From NCBI GenBank assembly GCA_012295275.1, contig CM022670.1, forward strand, positions 21,452,001 through 21,516,000: a stretch of DNA of 64,000 nt. The letters run 5' to 3'. Source of the stretch: Chrysomallon squamiferum. Lineage: Eukaryota > Animalia > Mollusca. Below, in pieces: positions 54,501-64,000 of the stretch (within the stretch, counting starts at the first letter, position 1; the number at the start of each line of letters is the position of its first letter). A program made the translations under genes and the position numbers. Below the pieces are notes generated by a model. The model saw nothing but the letters and a program-made list of their open reading frames with translations, had not been told where the DNA came from and did no database searches.

Positions 54501-55713
54501 GTGTTCTTTGAGTAACAGATTGTATTAAACACAGACAGTCACAAACAAAACAGCACTGATGATTCCACACAACACAGGTGACAGCATGTTCAACAATGCT
54601 TGCAAGAAGAGGAGGTGTGTGATTATATTCAGAAGTCAGAGGTGCTTTTTGGAAATCAGTATTTTCTCACCTTAAATATGTCATTGTCTGCTTGCTCTGT
54701 TATTTGGTTAGACTGTTTTACAATTAAAAAAATACGTATTAATAGTTTACTGTACAATTTTTTTTTTCTTCTAGGGGACACCTTATAAATGGATGTGTAT
54801 ATCCAGTGGTAACAATAAAGATCTGTTCTTAGTAAATTGTTATTTCAAATATTATAATAATTATTTTTACTATTGTAACTGTCATTTTTATTATAAAAAT
54901 TATTATTATTATTTATTATTAAATATCTGTTGAAAGACAACAAAAAAAAATAAATAAAAAAAAAATAAATAAAAATAAATAAATATTTATATGTGTCTAT
55001 GTAGTTCATCTAATTATGTAAAGATAACAAATATATATGCCTAATCAATAATATTTTACTAAACAAATAATTTAATAACAAAATCTAATAATAACCAAAT
55101 CCACAATTATTAAATCTAAAATAAATAATTTTTTTTTTTTCAAATGCTTTAAAAACAACATAACACAATCTTACAAACCACAGCACAAGAAAGTAAATAA
55201 GAAAAAAATGTAAACAGTTAGAGTTATCTGCACTTACTCTGATAGTTCTGTCTGAACTCTTTCTCTGTTTTATTCCTGTGTTCTGGTGTGACTTACAACA
55301 ACCACTGACAATATAGTATATGGCCCGCAGAAAGTAGTACACTGATTTTGGACTGATGATGATGTTAAATGGTGTAGGTAGAGTTGAACCCTCATCAAAA
55401 TATCCCATCCAGAGTTTGGATCGGGAAAACTTCCACTCCATGTCTGCATGGTTCTGAAGTAAATGGAAAATGAATTAACTTTTAAAATACTGAACTAAGA
55501 TGGCCTTAACAAACCAATAATGCCGTTATTCAATTTTTATTTTTATTTTTTGTAAAGACTAATATAACAAATATAATGCACTTCCTAATGCAGTCTTTAT
55601 TATGTAATAATCTTACTATTTTGTAATATCAAATGTAATGATATAGTATAATTATTTTTATTACAGTTATTATTTCATGGTATTACAGTTATGATCGGTA
55701 TCACTATCATCAA

Positions 55714-55749
<36 letters not shown>

Positions 55750-57097
55750 AATTTTCTTATTTAGGTTTCTAAGAAGAATTAATTTACCTCAATGTCCTGG
55801 AAAGAGCTGGACATCATGGCTATAAGCATGTTGGTCAAAACAATGATAGCCATTCCATGGTAGGCCATGAACAGCAACTGACCAGTGGCTATTGTAAACT
55901 CTTGAGCATTTTCGACTTCCAGAGCTTTTGGTGGAGTCAAGCTGAACAGTGACCAGAAAAGAGTCATGTAGGAGCCACCAATACTGAAAACAACAACAAA
56001 AAAATCAATTATTAATGACAAATAATGATATAAAGATAATTAAATATTAATGTTACAAGTAAAAGCCACAATACTAAAATAAAATTAACTAAATATGAAT
56101 GATTTACTGATAGGAGCTATCCATACTGAAATAAAGAAATATAAACTTATAAATGCTAGAAATAATAAAAATTAACAATATTTGTGTGTACATGTGTGTG
56201 TATGTGTGTGTGCCCATATTTGTGATATACAGTATTACTCAACAAATGTATTAAGAATAAATTTACAAACAAAACATTTTACTTAAAACACAACTCACCT
56301 AAAAAAAACATCTTGGTCATCGTTCTCTCCTTTACTGTCATAATACCAGTACAGCTGATTCATTCCACAAGCAAACGAAGTCAAAATCAGAAAAAAAATG
56401 AACAGGAATTTGGCAATATCTATTAGCATACAACCTAGAGAAATCTGTAATGGTCCTAGATGCTGGTTTGCCTGGAATAAATATATAATCCTGGAAAAAC
56501 TAAACACATTAGCCACAGCAAACAGGCCTTCTGATATCAAAGTGGGCTCATTTTTTGGCCAGTACTTTCGACTCATTTCTTTGGGGCCATAGTTGCCCGA
56601 TTCTATCTGAAGATAGGCAACAAAACGAAGAGAGAATGTAGCCAGATACAGAGAAAGCATCATGAAGTCAAGGAAGTTCCACCATTGTCTGACATATGCC
56701 TTCAGTCCCTTCTTCCCATAGCTGTTTGCACTCAGCCCAGATAAACCCTGTAAGTGGGTTCTTATGCATGAGATGGAATTTAAATACAGAAGAAAACAAA
56801 TGAAAGCATGGTTCCTACTTATTAAAAATATTTAGCAATTTAAAAAAATAAAATTATGGGGGTATTTAATTTTTTTTTTTTTTTTTTTGTTGAATTTCCT
56901 TCATTATCAATATGATTTCAGCTGTTAAAAATAAAAATTTTTGATAAATCTGACATACCTTCCAATTAAACTGAAATAAAAGAAGTTCCAGAAAGGCTGG
57001 TAATAATTAAGTTACTATTTTATTTTAAGCCTGACAAGTTCCTGAGTTAAAATCATAATTAACAAATTATTATTATTCTAAAAAAATCATCAAAAAT

Positions 57098-57167
<70 letters not shown>

Positions 57168-57818
57168 CAGCAACAATAATATAAATAAATGAATGAATGA
57201 ATGAATGAAATTAAATAAATAATAATTATATAAACAATAAGTAAGCAAATAAGCAAGCAAATAAGTAAATAAATGAATAAAAAAAAAAAAAATAAATAAA
57301 AACAAATAAAAAAAAAATTAAAAAAAAATTAAAAAAAAATTAAAAAAAATATAAAAAAATCTAAAAAAAAACAAACAAATAAATAAAATAAAATTAATTT
57401 TGTTATTTCGTTTTTCTTACTGTTATGTTACTAATGTATATGACTGAAGGAACACTGAACAGAAAGAGACATTACCTGCCACCCACAGAACAATCAGCCA
57501 CTCCAACTCTGAGGGAGGAGGGCCTCGAAATCTCTCTCTGTTGGGTGGGATGACGATGTCAGTGGAAGCCGAGACAAGGAGGGAGAGGAAAACTCCGAAC
57601 GAGGCGCTGTGGTAGAGGAACTTCATGAACGGACTCCTGAGCAGCTGGCCAATCTTGCTGCGAGGGAAAATCCAGTAGTAGAGAGCCATGAAGGGGAGAA
57701 GCAGTATGAGACCGATGCAGATGAGAAACTTGGTGAAGCCGTTGCGTTTGCGCCAGCCCGGCAGCCCCTCGTACCAGATGGAAGTGAGAAGCTGCTGGCA
57801 GTGAGGATGGGCAACAAA
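51504..57818 (-). CDS. TRPC-family (canonical TRP) cation channel, C-terminal half; ankyrin-repeat exons lie beyond the right edge
   Basis: Exons (minus): 57818-57476, 56747-56299, 55983-55788, 55453-55238, 54712-54671, 53420-53385, 52661-52596, 52218-52103, 51903-51504. Motifs include [30 protein letters not shown], pore [22 protein letters not shown] box [23 protein letters not shown] and coiled coil [18 protein letters not shown]. There is one extra base at 56707-56709. Confidence 0.95.
57098..57167. repeat. (TAG)n microsatellite in a TRPC intron
   Basis: Perfect trinucleotide run. Confidence 0.95.
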
Positions 57819-58502
57819 CTGAAACATTATTTTGAAAAAAAACAAAACTTTTAGAATTTTTTTTTATCTATAAGACAGGTTATGCACTCGAGTTACAAAT
57901 ATTGAAGAAAAAAAAAATGATTTAAAAAAAAAATAAAAATACAACATATAATAAGAATTTTTGTTATGAAGACATGTTTTTCAACTTGATTGTTAATATT
58001 GTGCTGTGTTTAAAAACTGATGTATTTAGGAAGAAGTCTTTGATTTGATAATGAAGCTTATTATAACTGCTATATTTGTGTATATATTTATTTATTAGCA
58101 AGGTGAAGAGAAGACTGCAAATATGACTGTGGTCTGAAGAAGGAAATAAATTATTTGTTTCATTTTATGGTATCACACATAGTTAAGAATTATACAAAAT
58201 AATGAAATGAAGTCGTGTATCATAACATAATGGGCTACTTCTATTTCATTAGCAGCAATGAGATTTTATATGCACCTTCCCAGACAGTGAAAAATACATA
58301 TGATGTCCTTTGCTAAACCAGCCATAGTTAGAATGGTAAATAGAGAATGGCAGCTCTGAGGAGGTGTTATCTGGCAAACAATCAAATTCATACTAGCAAT
58401 ATTATTATTATTTTTATTATTATTAATGTTGTTGTTGTTGTTGTTATTAATGTTATTATTACTCTTACTATTATTAGTATTATTCATTTATTTATTTATA
58501 TT

Positions 58503-58555
<53 letters not shown>

Positions 58556-59639
58556 TTTTTATTTTTATTTTTGTATTATAATTATTTTAAATAAAAAAAT
58601 ATAAAAATTTTAATCTTAAAAAGAACAAGAGAAATTAACAGAAAATCAAAAATAAATCCTCCCCTGACAAAGCTGACACACTTATTAGTTTATTATGAGC
58701 TTTATTTAACCTTCCACCAGTTAAATTATTTTTAAAAAAAAACCCTGTTTTACAGCATTCTCCAAACACCACCCTCACAATCATATAATATAAAATCAAA
58801 GTTTATAAAACCCAGGAGTATATGAAGACATTAAACACTCCCTATTTCTAATCAATATTTTTACATCATTTGTCAAAAAAACACATCTCATTTGTTGGAC
58901 TTTGTTTTTCAGTCTGCCCTACATCCAAACAGTTATTAATAATTATTAATTATTTTAATCCTTTTTTAGTATTTAACACAGAAAAATAAAATGATAAAAT
59001 GATGCCATATATCTGCATTAAGACTATAAGTGAATGTTATCAATTATTCTCTCTTTTCTGAAGTTAGCAGTTAAACTTTATTACAGAAATCATGTCATTA
59101 TCTTGCATTGGAATCAATATTTTCCTTTTTTTTTCTTTTTTTTTTTTTTTTTCTTTTTTCTCTTTTTCTTACAGTAAAGAACATAGCTGTGTCAAACCAA
59201 ACAAAAAATAAAAATAAAAAAATAAAATCATAATGTCATCTTTCTTGAACTATGTGTAACTGCATCTATCATCTAGATATAATTAAAATTGGCTCTTTGT
59301 GACCTTTTAGAATGTTGTTTGAAACAGAATGTCTCTCATGATTAAATACATGGAATTATACGTATGGAATAGGCTTATGAGTTCACAGATTTATAATATT
59401 GTTTGAACTGGAAGGACACTTTTGATTAGGCATATAGATTTATACTTAAACTTGTATGTAGTCATTTGATCCAGATTTAGGATATTGTTAGTAAAATGTC
59501 ATTTTTGATTAAATACATGGATTTACACATGAAGTTTCCTTTGGCCATTTGATATCTGATTTATACACAAATAAACACATACAAGTATTAATGTTTGATC
59601 TTTTTAATTGATAAAATTAAATAATCAAATAAATAAATT

Positions 59640-59675
<36 letters not shown>

Positions 59676-60410
59676 TAATAATAATAATAATAATAAATTA
59701 AATTAAAATGAAATAAAAAATTTTCTAGAACCAGTGAAAACTTAAAAATAAAAAAAAAAAAAAGAAAGAAAAAAAAAAAAAAAAAAGAATACAAATAATA
59801 CTACTACTACTAATAATAAACAACAAAAAGCATAAAAAAGCAAAACAACATGAAAGAAACCAATGAAATATGAAGAGATGAAGTGAAATCATTAGTTTTG
59901 ATTAATATGTCTGAAACTATATTTTGATCTGCTGCAGACGAATAAATAATCATTAAAGTTCTGTAGCCATTACTGCATTATTTGCTTTAGGTAAAACACA
60001 TCCACGCAACATCAACTGCATTCTCACATTCAGTTCTCAAAACACATACCATGAAATATATGCCTTTTTTCTGGTGGAAACATTTTATTTTATTTTATTT
60101 TATTTAAATGGATTTGATATGAAAAATCAACTTAAAATATACACACACACACACACACACGTTGATCTATCTGAGCCAAAAAAACACAACTAAATAAATA
60201 AATTAATAAAATAAAAAGCATGTTGAAAATCCAGTTTTATTTAGCACATAAAGCTGGAAAAAGCATAGGATGAAATTTTATTAGGCATGGAAATTAAGTG
60301 GGTTTTATTTTTAATTTTTAAAAAAGTTTATAACTGAAATTTAAAAAAAAAAAAAAACTATTGTGTTGGTCATGGATGAAAATAGTAATAAAAAGATATT
60401 ATTGAAATAA

Positions 60411-60450
<40 letters not shown>

Positions 60451-61346
60451 TAAAGGAAGACAAATAATTATATAGTAAACACAAAAATAAACTATTATAT
60501 TTGAAATAATTGTGTATCCATAGCAACCGGTTAATCTGGATTAAATTACAAACCAAAACAATTAGCAATATGCCACTAAATATGTTTAGCTGGGCATGGA
60601 AGCTGTGCTTTGACTCTTTTGCTACTGATACATCAAAGCAGTTAAAATATAAATGCATTCAAGCAAGGAACAAGATAAAAACATTTAATAACAATAATCT
60701 GACCAGTTTGGCATTAAGTGAATACAGAATGAAATAAGCTTTTATGCTTTGTTTGCCACTGTAAAGATATTAAGCACTTACTAATATTATATTTGAAAAG
60801 AAATCATTGATTTTATTTTCACAGTGTGAAAGGGATAGATAAAAAAAAAAGCTCTACATAGCTATGTGCATAGTCTGTTCAGGATAATGTGTAATTAGTT
60901 TAAATGTCCATGTGTTAGAACAATTTAAAAAAAAAAAAAAAAAGAAAAATCCTTATTTGGCCCTTTTATGTGTGACCAATTTCAGTAAAAGGTATCACAA
61001 AACATTGAGTATTATCACTGTTTTAGGAATTGCAAATAAATTTAAAAAAATAAATAATATTTTTTTATTTTTTATTTAGCATGTAAGTTGTAATAAATGT
61101 CTTATTTTGTTTGTTTTTATTGGTTCTTTTTAATGCAGTTGGGTATTCTGTTTCAGTCAGCAGAAGGAATCTTTCACATGCATTTTCCCAAAGACAGGAA
61201 ACAACGTATCAAAGTTTGTGATAAACAAAACAAAGAAAAGCACATCATAAGCAGTGATGGGGGATTGAACATATGGCCACTGTTCTCTCAGGCCAACATT
61301 CAGTCTTTTAGCTGAAGTCTATCTTTTACAGAGATTTTTTTATTTT

Positions 61347-61348
<2 letters not shown>

Positions 61349-61412
<64 letters not shown>
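61349..61412. repeat. (CT)n microsatellite
   Basis: Perfect run. Confidence 0.95.
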
Positions 61413-61416
<4 letters not shown>

Positions 61417-62554
61417 ATATATATAAAATCTAAATATTTTTAAAATGTTTTAATTTCCTTGATAACTGGTTTTACTATTGTAAGTACATATATTTATATT
61501 TCAGTCCATAATAAACAATCAAAGACACCATAATCTAAACAAATAAGAAAGTTTGATCTAAATCAATGGAAAATAGGCCACTATCTTGAGCCAAAGATAT
61601 AAAATAATTAAGCTTTTGCACTAAATTTCGATTATTTTTTTCTCTTCAGTAAACAATTCTTTTATGTTAACAATCACTGCAGTAGCAATTATGGAGGAAG
61701 GAGCAGAATATGAAAATATGCTGTTCAACATGCTGTGGAGTACTGTTACTGTACAAGCCTTTATGTGATAGTTTTATACAAGAAATTACAAGTCCATTTG
61801 GACCAAATAGCAATATTAAAAAAATAATACAAAGCAAACAAAAAATAAATACAAGCAAACAAACAACATTAAGACAAAATCAAATTTTAAAATTTAATAA
61901 CAAATAATTACAATAACCAGCAGTGCCAATAACTGATGGAGATCTAGTAATCTTATCTGAACCTATCAGTCTATCTATCTAAAACCTATCTATTTAATTA
62001 TCTAAATATTTATCTGTATATCTAAATATCTGTCTATGTATCTATCCATCTATAACAGATCTCTGTCTACATATGTAGCCATATAATAATTTAAATACTT
62101 ATTTATTTGTTTAATTATTTTGTTTGTTCGATTTTGTATTTTTAAAATTTTTGTTGGGTTTTTCCTTCCCATTTTAGTTCAGTTCATTGGTAGAGTAATC
62201 AGATGTTAAAGGTTGCAGGTTCAAATCATATATTTTAATTAAATAAAGCTAACATTAAACTGTAACTTTCAAAATTTTAAACAAATTTACATTCACTTTT
62301 ATTATAAAACACTTTTTTTTACAGCAAATATTAAAATGTTTCAAAAATATTTTTGCAAGATAACCATTGTCAATAAATCTTTTTGTGAATAAAATAAGGT
62401 TAACGTGAAAATGTATTGTCACAATTTAAAACAAATTTACATTAATTTTTATATATATAACAAATTAGCTTTGAACATAACAGTAACAAATAAGAAAATG
62501 TGTTGACACAATGTGAAGTAAACATTAATTAATTTCTAACAGTACCAATGAACC

Positions 62555-62590
<36 letters not shown>

Positions 62591-63175
62591 AAAATTACAA
62601 TTTACATTATTAATCATGTTGATTTACCACACCTGTCCCCACAAAATACTGAATATTGGTGTATGCAGCTGAATAATGTTGGCCAAAACAACAAACAGAA
62701 TGTGAGCAGGAAAAATAACAAATCTCTCTCACTCTCTAATACTCTAACACTCTCTGTTACACTCTCCTATGCTCTCTCATTTACACACACACACACACAC
62801 ACACACTCATACATACAAAGCAAATTAATATTCTAATAATATTCTGATGAATATAAGAAATAACGTGCTATGTGGATTAGCATTCAAACTTTACATACAG
62901 CTTCAACAACACATTTTTCTTTTCTCTACAATGTTAAGCCATCATAAATTTGTTTTTGTTATTTAATTCCACAAGGAGGTAGAATTAAGATCATTAAATT
63001 TACTAGTAAAAAAAAAATGAAAATAATTTAAAAAAAAAAAAAGAAGAAGAAGAAAAAGAAAATAAGAAAGAAAATTAAAAAGAAATAATAATAAAACAAT
63101 CATACTTATGATAATAAGGTTAATCAATTAAATAATTATTGTTTATAATAGTCATTAAAATAATGATGATGTTGT

Positions 63176-63207
<32 letters not shown>

Positions 63208-64000
63208 GTGTACACAAAGTCAGAATACAATCATAACCAAAACAACAATGTACTGGAAAATGTATGATACTCACTAATTATTGTAAGTAATAATATGTTA
63301 TCTTGCATAGTTGAATGTTGCTAATGAATTCTTGATGGATAGGTCATAGTGTTAAAATAACTTCATTTCATTTATTATTATTTATTATTATTTATTATTA
63401 TTTTATGCTGTTTTAGGATTATTAAATCTGTCAAGGTAACACCTTTAAGAAATTCTATCATCCTATTCATCAGTAACCATAGCAATTATTATTTTTGTTG
63501 TTGCTTGTTTTGTTTCTCATATTATTTAATCCCATATTTGTTAGAATATTGAAAAATAATACAGTTACTTATTACCAGTTACTATGGAAATTAAAACATT
63601 TTAAAAAAAAAAATGATTAAAATATATAAATTATTATTATTTTATTTTATTTCATTGTATTTATTTTCTTCTTCTTCTTCTTCCTTTTTTTTTTTTTTTT
63701 TTTTTTTCGATAAGTAGAGCTTAGTGCCTTTAGGGAATTAAAAACAAAAATGAAAAAGGATAAATAAAATTGGTAGGGTTAGTTATTTTTTTTTACATTT
63801 TTTGTTTTGTTTGTTTGTTTTGTGTGTATATGTGTTTGAGTGTCCTGAAAATTAATTGTTTAGATACCATTAGTGAAAATTAGATCATACAAATTTTATA
63901 CTGTTCCAAGGAATGAAATCATTTTCAGAGACAAATGCTTTGGGTGACAGAGTATAATATGATAGATTTCTTATTAGTGTTCTCTATACCAATATTTTCA

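Noticed and set aside
57609-57854. Plus-strand 81-aa ORF and alternative-frame ORF 57623-57817
   Set aside because: Both are by-products of the GC-rich TRPC exon on the minus strand.

Overview
AT-rich, intron-rich animal genomic DNA. It is probably a mollusc; this is an inference from a Meta-SINE-like core and the gene style. I reconstructed four genes exon by exon. (1) A polyubiquitin gene on the minus strand runs off the left edge. (2) A calnexin gene on the plus strand (about 592 aa, 21 coding exons) is head-to-head with it and has a perfect ERSE. It also carries a second, duplicated transmembrane exon that looks mutually exclusive with the first. (3) An unannotated type-I membrane receptor of about 500 aa reads signal peptide, Cys-rich domain, Sushi/CCP, TM, PPxY and TRAF-like motifs, then a death-domain-like module with HxxCxxC. 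Four duplicated ATG-bearing first exons with kB-like sites lie upstream of it. (4) The 3' half of a TRPC channel gene is on the minus strand. Other features are two MITEs, Meta-SINE-like copies, a 1.42-kb tandem duplication holding a Gypsy integrase relic, and many microsatellites. Two single-base homopolymer frameshifts in conserved genes are probably assembly errors. Most ORFs in the supplied track are spurious.
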